This document shows positions 9,834 to 17,689 of a stretch of 64,000 bases of DNA, one piece after another. The notes beneath the pieces are model-generated. The model was not told the DNA's origin. It saw nothing but the letters and a program-made list of their open reading frames with translations, and ran no database searches. The stretch's first letter is position 1, and the number at the start of each line of letters is the position of its first letter. This DNA comes from an uncultured Gemmatimonadales bacterium (GTDB lineage Bacteria > Gemmatimonadota > Gemmatimonadetes > Longimicrobiales > RSA9). Location of the stretch: the NCBI GenBank assembly GCA_963816355.1, contig CAWFKH010000004.1:382689-446688 (forward strand), in the 5' to 3' direction. The position numbers were made by a program, and so were the translations under genes.

Positions 9834-10520
9834 ATGAGAAGCACCCGCGCCAGCACGGTCCTCCCCCCGATTCTCGCCCCGGTCCTGAGCGCCCTCCTCG
9901 CGTCGCTCGCGGCGTGCGGCAGTCCGGAACCCCGGACGGCGCGGGCCGCGGAGCCGACTCGAGCCGCGGCGCCGACCGGAAACCTGCCAGCGGCGCGCGC
10001 GTCGGCGACTCCCCGCGTCGTGGTCGACAGCGTCCTGCCCATGTCGGTGCAGCTCGCGCGCTTCCGCCGCGGCCTCCCCCGCCCGGCACGCCTCACTCAT
10101 GGCGCCACCAGCCGCGACGCCCTCGTGCGGAGCGTCGTGCGCGCCCTCGCAACGAGCGACACCCTCGCGTTCCAGCCGCTCGCCATCGACCGCGCCGAGT
10201 TCGCCTGGCTCTACTTCCCCACTACCGCGATCGCGCATCCTCCCTACGAGCTCCCGCCTGGACTGGCCTGGTTCCGCCTTCAGGAGGACGACCGCAAGGG
10301 CGTCTTCCGGGCCCTGCGCGAGATCTCCGCCCACCATCCGCGCTACCTCGGCTATCACTGCGATCCGCGGCCGCGCATCGAAGGAGAGAACCGCATCTGG
10401 ACCGGCTGTCGCGTCGCCCTCGCCCGCGACGACGCCCCGCCCTCGGACATCCGCCTCTTCAGCGGGATCCTCGAGCGCGATGGCCGCTTCGCCGTTCTCA
10501 GCTACGACAACGACTTCTGA
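9834..10520 (+). CDS. Hypothetical lipoprotein
   Basis: GGAG RBS before ATG 9834; lipobox LAAC; globular C-terminal half. Confidence 0.7.
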   Translation: MRSTRASTVLPPILAPVLSALLASLAACGSPEPRTARAAEPTRAAAPTGNLPAARASATPRVVVDSVLPMSVQLARFRRGLPRPARLTHGATSRDALVRSVVRALATSDTLAFQPLAIDRAEFAWLYFPTTAIAHPPYELPPGLAWFRLQEDDRKGVFRALREISAHHPRYLGYHCDPRPRIEGENRIWTGCRVALARDDAPPSDIRLFSGILERDGRFAVLSYDNDF

Positions 10521-10524
10521 GTCT

Positions 10525-11376
10525 TCACGCCCGCCCTGCCTCACCGCCCTCGTCCGCGCCGCCCCGCTCCGCGTTCGCCCGGATCGCGGCGGCGGTGAAC
10601 GCGGCCAGACCCCTGGCGCGCTCCTCGTAGTGCGCCGCGAAGCGCGGATCCGACTCGTACATGGCGGCGAGACCGGCGTGCATGCGGCGGCTGCACGGAT
10701 AGAACCAGCGGTCAATGTGCAGCCGCGCCCGCTCCGCCACATCCATCGCCGCGGTGCCGGCCGCATCCGCGCCCGCCGCGAGCAGCGCCGCCATCGCTGC
10801 GTCGATCGCCTCCGCTTCCTCCCGGATGCGCCCCCAGTCCTCCTTGGCGTAGCCGCGCGTCCGGCGCATCGATTCCCGGTACGCCTCGGTGTCCGCCCAC
10901 CGCTCCTTCACTTCCCGATCATGCCGCGCCTGGTGCTCGCGCACCGCCTCCGGCGCGTCGAGCGCCTCGAAGCCCTCGAACCTCTCCTCGGCCGACATCG
11001 TCTCCCCCCTCTCGATCGATTCCAGCGCGCGGTCGACTGCGCGAATCAACGACTCCGTCCTTCGCATTCTCCGCTGCAGCAGATCCCGCTGCGCCCGCAG
11101 CGCCCCGCGCCGCTCCAGCCCCGGCTCCGCGAGCATCGCCGCGATCGCCTCCAGCGTGAACCCCAGCTCGCGGTAGAGCAGGATGCGGTGCAGCCGCTCC
11201 AGATCCTGCGCATCGTACAGACGGTAGCCGGCGCGGTTGCGCCCCGACGGCACCAGCAGCCCGATCTCGTCGTAGTGGTGCAGCGTCCGCACGGTCACGT
11301 GCGCCAGCCGCGCCACTTCGCTCACCCGCCACCGCTTCGCCACCGCCACCGTCTCCGCGTTCGTGCCCGTCTCCAT
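10525..11376 (-). CDS. MerR-family regulator with TipAS-type antibiotic-recognition domain
   Basis: WRVSEVARLAHVTVRTLHHYDEIGLLVPS..NRAGYRLY; C-terminal HIDRWFYPCS...LAAMYESDPRFAAHYE. Confidence 0.92.
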   Translation of the reverse strand: METGTNAETVAVAKRWRVSEVARLAHVTVRTLHHYDEIGLLVPSGRNRAGYRLYDAQDLERLHRILLYRELGFTLEAIAAMLAEPGLERRGALRAQRDLLQRRMRRTESLIRAVDRALESIERGETMSAEERFEGFEALDAPEAVREHQARHDREVKERWADTEAYRESMRRTRGYAKEDWGRIREEAEAIDAAMAALLAAGADAAGTAAMDVAERARLHIDRWFYPCSRRMHAGLAAMYESDPRFAAHYEERARGLAAFTAAAIRANAERGGADEGGEAGRA

Positions 11377-11420
11377 AGCTCGTGCTCGCGCGCATGCTCG
11401 TGCCCGCACCCTCGAATCGA

Positions 11421-11451
11421 ACGGTAAGGTATGACGTAGCGGGAGGGTCAA
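11421..11451 (-). promoter_or_regulatory. MerR-type promoter with 19-bp spacer
   Basis: Minus strand TTGACC-CTCCCGCTACGTCATACCT(19)-TACCGT upstream of the MerR gene; spacer resembles TipA/Mta operators. Confidence 0.75.
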
Positions 11452-11538
11452 GGACGGACGCGCAGCTTCGCTCTGATCATGGACGTTCCGGACGCGCCGG
11501 ACCCCTCCGCCCGCGTTCGCGGCGGGGCCGGCTCCGAT

Positions 11539-11732
11539 GTTTCACGCGGAGGGCGCGGGGGACGCGGAGGGCGGAGCGGCGCCACGCCGCTTCACTGCAC
11601 GGCGCGCATCTTCTTCTGGTTTGGTTTCCGGCCGCGAACGTGCGGCGCGCGACCAAGCCCGCAGCCAATCCGTTCGCGAAGTCTGCCCCGCGGGGAACGA
11701 CCTCCGCGCCCTCCGCGACCTCCGCGTGAAAC
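11539..11732. repeat. MITE/REP-like element with ~32-bp terminal inverted repeats of 9-bp CGCGGAGG units
   Basis: Left gtttcacgcggagggcgcgggggacgcggagg; right cctccgcgccctccgcgacctccgcgtgaaac (3 mismatches). Confidence 0.75.
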
Positions 11733-11771
11733 CGCTTCCGGCGCGTCGGCCGCGCCGGAGCGTACGGCGCG

Positions 11772-12326
11772 CTAGCCGCAGCTCTGGCGCGCGTCGTCCA
11801 CCAGCACGGTGAGCGTGCCGTTCGCGTTCACGGTGAAGTGGAACGTCGTGTGGACCCGCATGTTCGGCACCTTCCCCTGGCCGATCAGTTCCAGCGCCTC
11901 GTTCGAGCCGCCCACCGCGCGGCCCGGTCCGCTGCGGTGCATCGTGGTCTCGAAGACGTCCGTCCAGCGATACGACGCCCCGCTCTGCGACCCCACACCC
12001 GTCCCCCTCGCGTTCGCGTGCAGCGCCGTCACCGTGTCCGCGCGCGCCGAGATCGTCTCGATCGTCAGCAGGTGCAGGTCCCCCGCGACCGTCACGTCCT
12101 CCTCGCACCCCGACACCACGAACGAGAAGGGCAGGTGCACATCGTTCGCCACGACCGCGTACAGCGGCGCGCCCGGTGCCGCCGCGACCGCCGCCGGCGC
12201 CGTCGCACTCTCGCACCCGGACAGGAGCAGCACCGCCAGAAGCGGCGCGAGGAAGCAGAATCCCGCGAGCGGAAACGCCACGGGGAGGGTTGCCGCGGCT
12301 TCGCGCCCGCTTCGGCTGTTCGTCAT
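11772..12326 (-). CDS. Hypothetical lipoprotein
   Basis: GAGGAG RBS, ATG 12326; lipobox LSGC; beta-rich mature part with a second Cys pair. Confidence 0.65.
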   Translation of the reverse strand: MTNSRSGREAAATLPVAFPLAGFCFLAPLLAVLLLSGCESATAPAAVAAAPGAPLYAVVANDVHLPFSFVVSGCEEDVTVAGDLHLLTIETISARADTVTALHANARGTGVGSQSGASYRWTDVFETTMHRSGPGRAVGGSNEALELIGQGKVPNMRVHTTFHFTVNANGTLTVLVDDARQSCG

Positions 12327-12447
12327 CGGGATCTCCTCGTCTCGGAAGTCATCTCCAAGAATGCACGCGAAGCGAAACGCCCGGCAAGGAGGACGCACCG
12401 ACGCCCGCGCCGCGCCCCCGCCGCGCCACCCCCCGTCCGACGCCGCA

Positions 12448-12525
12448 CCCCCCGTGTCGACGCGCACCCCCGTGTCGACCCGCACGCCCATGTTGACACG
12501 CACGCCCATGTTGACACGCACGCCC
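12448..12525. repeat. 18-bp imperfect tandem repeat (4 copies) carrying the -35 hexamer
   Basis: cccccgtgtcgacgcgca / cccccgtgtcgacccgca / cgcccatgttgacacgca x2. Confidence 0.8.
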
Positions 12526-12566
12526 GATAGATGCTAGCCTATTGACACAGTGTCAACCGACTAGCA
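12511..12566 (+). promoter_or_regulatory. Promoter and palindromic operator of blaI-like operon
   Basis: TTGACA (12511) -18 bp- TAGCCT with TGn extension; dyad tgctag-ccta-TTGACACaGTGTCAA-ccga-ctagca (12532-12566). Confidence 0.7.
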
Positions 12567-12583
12567 CTCCACGGGAGCGGGCG

Positions 12584-12985
12584 ATGCGGACGAACCCCCT
12601 TGGTCAGCTCGGGCGTCGCGAGCGGCAGATCATGGACGTCGTCTTCCGGCTCGGGCGGGCGACGGCGGCGGAGGTACAGGCGGAGCTGCCGAACCCGCCG
12701 AGCTACTCGGCGGTGCGCGGGATGCTGCGGCTGCTGGAGGAGAAGGGGCACCTGCGGCACGAGCAGGAGGGGCCGCGCTACGTGTACCGGCCGACGGCGG
12801 ATCCGGCGCAGGTAAGCCGGGGCGCGCTGCGCCACGTGGTGCGGACGTTCTTCGACAACTCGGCGGCGTCGGCGATGGCGGCGATGCTGGGTGACGAGGG
12901 CCGATCGTTGAGCGACCAGGAGCTGAGCCGGCTCGAGCGCCTGCTGGAACAGGCGCGGCGCGGGCGTGAGGGAGGTGCGCGATGA
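12584..12985 (+). CDS. BlaI/MecI/CopY family repressor
   Basis: LGRRERQIMDVVFRLGRATAAEV...YSAVRGMLRLLEEKGHL...RYVY...TFFDNS. Confidence 0.92.
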   Translation: MRTNPLGQLGRRERQIMDVVFRLGRATAAEVQAELPNPPSYSAVRGMLRLLEEKGHLRHEQEGPRYVYRPTADPAQVSRGALRHVVRTFFDNSAASAMAAMLGDEGRSLSDQELSRLERLLEQARRGREGGAR

Positions 12986-15483
12986 GCGGCGTGGTGGCGA
13001 TCACGATCGTTGTGAAGGCGACGTCGCTGCTCGCGCTCGCGGGCGTCGTCGCGGCGTCGCTGCGGCGCGCTCCGGCGGCGGCACGGCACCTGGTGTGGGC
13101 GCTGGCGCTGGGCGCGACGGTGGCGGTGCCGGTGGTGGAGATGGCGGGGCCGCGTCTGGATGTGCGGGCGCCGTGGCCGTGGGTGGGGGCCACGGCGGCG
13201 GCAGCGGACGCCGGGCTGGACGCCGGGCTGGATGCCGTGCGCGAGGACGGCGCCCTGCCGCCCGGAGCCTCGTCGCGTCGCGCGACGCTGCCGGTCCCGG
13301 GTCGTGGCGCGCGTCCGGGGACGGAGGCGGCGAAGCGAGCGGCGGCGGGCGCGGCGAGCGGCGCGGCGAGCGAGCGCGCGGCAGCCGGCTCGCGGCTCGC
13401 GGTGAGGCGTTCCGGGGCGGCCGCGCTGGTCGCGGCGGCGGCCCGCGCGGCGCCGCTGCTGTGGGCGGCGGGCGCGCTCGCGGTGCTGCTGCGGCTGCTG
13501 GTGGGGCGCCTCGCGCTGGCGCGGCTGGCGCGGCGCGGGGCGGCGGTGGAAGGCGACGTCGCCGCAATGGCGGCGGAGGCGGCGCGCGCGCTCGGCGTGC
13601 GTCGTCGCGTGCGGCTGGTCGCGTCGCCCGCGGCGGGGACGCCGTTGGCCTTCGGCGCGTTCCGTCCGGTGGTCGTGCTTCCGGCGGCGGCGGCGGCGTG
13701 GCCGCGTGCGCGGCTGCGCTCGGCGCTGCTGCACGAGGTCGCACACGTGGCGCGTCGCGACGCGCTCACGCAGCTCCTCGCGGGGATCGCGTGCGCGCTC
13801 TACTGGTTCCACCCGGGTGCGTGGGCGGCGGCGCGGCGCCAGCGCGCGGAGCGGGAGCGCGCGTGCGACGACCGCGTGATCGCGGCCGGGACGTCCGGCA
13901 CCGACTACGCGGCGCATCTGCTGCAGGTGGCGCGCTCGGCGCACGTAGCCGGGGCCCACGCCATGGTCGCGGTGGCGATGGCCCGGCCGTCGCAGCTCGA
14001 GGGCCGGCTGCTCGCCGCGCTCGATGCGGTCCGCCCCCGCGGCGCCGTCGGGCGGACGACGACGCTCTGCGCTTCGGCCGCCGCGATCCTCGTCGCACTC
14101 GGCGTGGGCTCCCTGCGCCCGGCGCGAGCGCAGCAGCCGGCCGCGAAGCCGACGCCGGCCGCGACGCCGGCGCTGACCGCGACGCCCACGCCGGCCGCGA
14201 AGCCGACGCCGGCCGCGAAGCCGGCGCTGACCGCGACGCCGGCGCTGACCGCGACGCCCACGCCGGCCGCCGCGGTTCCCGCCACGCGACGGGCGCAGCA
14301 GCCGATCGTCGAGGGACGGCTTCCCGCGCGCCCGGGCGAGCGGATCCGCTTCGACCTCCCGACCGGGGGCACGATCGAGGTGCAGCCGTGGGACCGCGAC
14401 AGCGTGCGGGTGGTGGCGCACCTCGGCGGTCCGGACGCCGCGAACACGAACGTCGCGATCCGGCGCGACGGGAGCGGCGTCGTCGTCGTCTCCAGCTTCG
14501 ACCGGCCGAAGCAGCGGCAGAGCACCGAGCACCACTTCGAAGCGCGGGTGCCGCGCCGCTTCGACGTGGAGATCCGCTCGGCGGGCGGCGAGGTGGACAT
14601 CGACGGCCTCTCCGGCGAGATCACCGGCAGCACCGGCGGCGGCGAGCTCCGCCTGGCGCACATCGACGGGCGTGTCGATCTGTCGACGGGGGGCGGCGAC
14701 GTGCTGGTGGAGGATTCCCGCGCCTCGGGCCGCGTCTCGACCGGCGGCGGCGTGGTCACGCTCGACCACGTGGAGGGCAGCCTCGTCGGCTACTCGGGCA
14801 GCGGCGGCTCGGTGCGCGCGAGCGGAGCGGGCGCGGACGCGCCCGGGGCGGCGAGCTCTTCGACGGTCGTCACCACGGGCGGCTCCGGGAGCGGCGCCGC
14901 GGGCGCCGCGTCGAGCGCCTCCGGTGTGGCGGTGGGGACGTCGGCCGCCTCCGGGGCTGGCGGCGCCGGCTCGCCGGTCCGGATCCAGAAGGCGGGCGGC
15001 GGCATCACCGTGGGCCGGGCGCCGCTGGGTGCGCACCTGGTGACCGGCGGCGGCGACGTGGTCGTCGGCGCCTCCGGCGGCGAGGTGAGCGTCTGGACTG
15101 GCGGGGGCAGCGTGCGGCTCGACGGGGTGTCCGGCTCGGCGGCCGTCGGCACCGGCGCCGGCGACGTCGAGGTGAGCGTCGTCGGCGCAGGCGCGCACTC
15201 GCTCGACATCCGCTCCGGCAACGGCCGCGTGGTGCTCACGCTACCGCCCGGGCTGGATGCCCGGCTCGAGATCGAGACGGCGTACACGAACAACCTTGGC
15301 CACCGCACGCGCATCGAGAGCGATTTTCCGCTCGACGTCCGGGAGACCGAGCGCTGGGACGACACTCACGGAACGCCTCGCCGCTACGTCCGCGGTCGCG
15401 CCGTCCTCGGCCGGGGCGAGGGACGGATCCGCGTCGTGACGGTGAACGGCGACGTCGTCATCCGCCGCGGCGGCGACGAGTGA
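12982..15483 (+). CDS. BlaR1-like M56 metallopeptidase with C-terminal DUF4097-like beta-repeat domain
   Basis: ATGA overlap; LLHEVAHVARRD, YWFHP, ERACDDRV, YAAHLL; C-terminal STGGGDV/TGGGSV repeats. Confidence 0.88.
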   Translation: MSGVVAITIVVKATSLLALAGVVAASLRRAPAAARHLVWALALGATVAVPVVEMAGPRLDVRAPWPWVGATAAAADAGLDAGLDAVREDGALPPGASSRRATLPVPGRGARPGTEAAKRAAAGAASGAASERAAAGSRLAVRRSGAAALVAAAARAAPLLWAAGALAVLLRLLVGRLALARLARRGAAVEGDVAAMAAEAARALGVRRRVRLVASPAAGTPLAFGAFRPVVVLPAAAAAWPRARLRSALLHEVAHVARRDALTQLLAGIACALYWFHPGAWAAARRQRAERERACDDRVIAAGTSGTDYAAHLLQVARSAHVAGAHAMVAVAMARPSQLEGRLLAALDAVRPRGAVGRTTTLCASAAAILVALGVGSLRPARAQQPAAKPTPAATPALTATPTPAAKPTPAAKPALTATPALTATPTPAAAVPATRRAQQPIVEGRLPARPGERIRFDLPTGGTIEVQPWDRDSVRVVAHLGGPDAANTNVAIRRDGSGVVVVSSFDRPKQRQSTEHHFEARVPRRFDVEIRSAGGEVDIDGLSGEITGSTGGGELRLAHIDGRVDLSTGGGDVLVEDSRASGRVSTGGGVVTLDHVEGSLVGYSGSGGSVRASGAGADAPGAASSSTVVTTGGSGSGAAGAASSASGVAVGTSAASGAGGAGSPVRIQKAGGGITVGRAPLGAHLVTGGGDVVVGASGGEVSVWTGGGSVRLDGVSGSAAVGTGAGDVEVSVVGAGAHSLDIRSGNGRVVLTLPPGLDARLEIETAYTNNLGHRTRIESDFPLDVRETERWDDTHGTPRRYVRGRAVLGRGEGRIRVVTVNGDVVIRRGGDE

Positions 15484-16885
15484 AGCGCTCGCGCCGCCTG
15501 CCGCCGCCCGCGCCCTCGCGGCGGCCGGCGGCGCCGCCCTCACGCCGGCCGGAGCCGCTCGGCGCCTCGCCTCGCGTCTGCGAAGCTTGCGGCTGCGCCG
15601 GCCGCTCCGCCTTTGCGCGCGTGCGCGCCCGTTCCTCCGCCCTGCGGCCGCGAATCTCGGCGATCCGCTCGCCGATCGGCACTTCGAAGCGGCCGTCGGG
15701 CTGCTGTGCGTAGTCGAAGCCGTCGAGGGTGCGCCGCTCGATCGTGCGGCCGAGCGTGCGCTCGATGGCGCGCAGGTCCCTCTCCTCTTCCGGCGACACG
15801 AAGGTGTACGCCTCGCCGGTGGCTTCGGCGCGCGCCGTGCGGCCAACGCGGTGTATGTAGTCCTCGGGAGCGGCCGGCAGGTCGAAGTTGACGACGTGGT
15901 CGAGCGCCTCGACGTCGATGCCCCGCGCGACGATGTCGGTCGCGGCGAGCACCTGGTAGCGCCCCTCCTTGAAGCCGGCCAGGGCGTCGGTGCGCTGCGA
16001 CTGGCTGCGGTTGCCGTGGATGCGGGCCACCGAAACGCCGTGCTTGGCGAGCTTCTGGGCCAGTCGGTTCGCCCGATGCTTGGTGCGGCAGAAGGCGATG
16101 ACGCTGCCGATCTCGCGGCGCCGGATCAGCTCCACCAGCAGGGCCACCTTGAGGGCGGCGGGCACCGGATACAGCGCGTGCGTGATGCCGTGCGCCGGCG
16201 CCTGCTTCTTCTGCACCTGGATGGTCGCGGGCGCGCGCAGCATCTCCTGCGACAGCGTCGCGATCTCCGGCGGCATGGTGGCGGAGAAGAAGAGCGTCTG
16301 GCGCTCGCCCTGCGGCAGGTGGCGCAGGACGCGACGGATGTCCGGAAGGAATCCCATGTCGAGCATGCGGTCCGCTTCGTCGAGCACCAGCACCTCGATC
16401 TGCGGAAGCCGCGCGTAGTCGTGCCGGAAATGGTCGAGCAGGCGGCCCGGCGTCGCGACGATCACCTCCACGCCGCGGCGAAACGCCTGCTCCTGCGGCG
16501 CGATGCCAACGCCGCCGTACACCGCCGCCGCGCGCAGCCCCGTGCCGGCCGCCAGGTCGTGGAAATGGTCGACGATCTGGGCCGCGAGCTCGCGGGTGGG
16601 TGTGATCACGAGCGCCCGCGTCGCGCCCCGCGGGCGCGTCCGCAGCCGCTGCAGGATCGGCAGCAGGAACGCCGCCGTCTTGCCGCTCCCCGTCATCGCC
16701 GACGCCAGAACGTCACGCCCCGCGATCGCGACCGGGATCGCCTGCTGCTGCACCGGCGTCGGCCGCGTGAAGCCGAGCGCGGCGACGGTGCGAAGCAGAT
16801 CTTCGTGCAGCCCGAGGCCGGCGAAGCCGGAATCGGTGGGTGCGTCGCCGCCCGCGGGCGCCGACGTCGTCATCGTATCCTTCAT
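15458..16885 (-). CDS. DEAD-box RNA helicase (RhlE-like)
   Basis: Q motif PTPVQ, AMTGSGKT, PTRELA, TPGRL, DEAD, SAT, ARGID, HRVGRTAR; start 16885 or 16873. Confidence 0.95.
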   Translation of the reverse strand: MKDTMTTSAPAGGDAPTDSGFAGLGLHEDLLRTVAALGFTRPTPVQQQAIPVAIAGRDVLASAMTGSGKTAAFLLPILQRLRTRPRGATRALVITPTRELAAQIVDHFHDLAAGTGLRAAAVYGGVGIAPQEQAFRRGVEVIVATPGRLLDHFRHDYARLPQIEVLVLDEADRMLDMGFLPDIRRVLRHLPQGERQTLFFSATMPPEIATLSQEMLRAPATIQVQKKQAPAHGITHALYPVPAALKVALLVELIRRREIGSVIAFCRTKHRANRLAQKLAKHGVSVARIHGNRSQSQRTDALAGFKEGRYQVLAATDIVARGIDVEALDHVVNFDLPAAPEDYIHRVGRTARAEATGEAYTFVSPEEERDLRAIERTLGRTIERRTLDGFDYAQQPDGRFEVPIGERIAEIRGRRAEERARTRAKAERPAQPQASQTRGEAPSGSGRREGGAAGRREGAGGGRRRERFTRRRRGG

Positions 16886-16941
16886 TCCATCTCTCTTCCA
16901 CACAGCGGGATGCCGGCTCCCCGCCGGCGGGTCGAGCGCGC

Positions 16942-16977
16942 AAAAAAAGAGGGCCCCGGGCCGAACCCGAGTCCCTC
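16942..16977 (-). terminator. Intrinsic terminator hairpin plus U-tract just upstream of helicase start
   Basis: Minus strand gagggactcggg-ttcgg-cccggggccctc-ttttttt. Confidence 0.7.
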
Positions 16978-17146
16978 GCGCGTCTCGGTGCCGGCGGAAC
17001 GCCGGCGGTCTAGCTCATACAAGATAGCGGAACGCGCCCTACCGCGCTACACGGAGGAGATAGCGGAGGGGGTGCGAAGGGACTGCGGAGGGATGGGGAG
17101 ATCGCGGAGGGGCGCGGAGGGATGCCCGGTCCCGCGCGCTCCCTCC

Positions 17147-17350
17147 CTACGCACGCCGTTCGCAGCCGGGGAACCCGACGCGGCCGAGGAGGCGCTCGAG
17201 CGGACAGAAGTCCGTCACGCTCGACTGCAGCAGGTTCAGCCCGACGAAGGCGGTGAACGCCAGCCAGGCCGGGTGGACGAAGAACGCGAGCGCCACGGAG
17301 AGAAGCACGAACGCGCCGGCGAAGCGGCGGATGATCCTGTCTTCACACAC
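17147..17350 (-). CDS. DUF2892 (YgaP-like) small membrane protein
   Basis: DRIIRRFAG...FVGLNLLQSSVTDFCP. Confidence 0.88.
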   Translation of the reverse strand: MCEDRIIRRFAGAFVLLSVALAFFVHPAWLAFTAFVGLNLLQSSVTDFCPLERLLGRVGFPGCERRA

Positions 17351-17398
17351 GGTATCCCCCGGAGTTGCGGAGTCGCGAATCGCCCTCGAGAGAGCGGT

Positions 17399-17689
17399 TC
17401 AGAAGAAGGTCTCGATCGGCATCACGGCGACGTGGAGCCGTTCGTCGCCGTCGAGCGCTTCCGCCTCGGCGCGCAGCGCATCGACGAGCTCGTCGACGCG
17501 CTCGTCCGGCACGGCGCTGAAGAGCACCTCGGACTCGCCCGGCCACGCGCGCGTCCCGGCGCGCCGGCCGGTGGCGCCGGCGCCGTGCGCGTGGTCCATC
17601 TCGGTGTAGCCGCCCACGCGGTGCTCCTCGAGGAGGTCCTGCACGAGGTTCCTGCGGCTGCCGCTGTAGACGATGAGGAGCAGCTTCAC
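17399..17689 (-). CDS. P-II-like transporter-associated protein (PG0541-like)
   Basis: MKLLLIVY...GGYTE...HGAGATG..GTRAWPG; GTGA overlap with RND gene. Confidence 0.75.
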   Translation of the reverse strand: MKLLLIVYSGSRRNLVQDLLEEHRVGGYTEMDHAHGAGATGRRAGTRAWPGESEVLFSAVPDERVDELVDALRAEAEALDGDERLHVAVMPIETFF

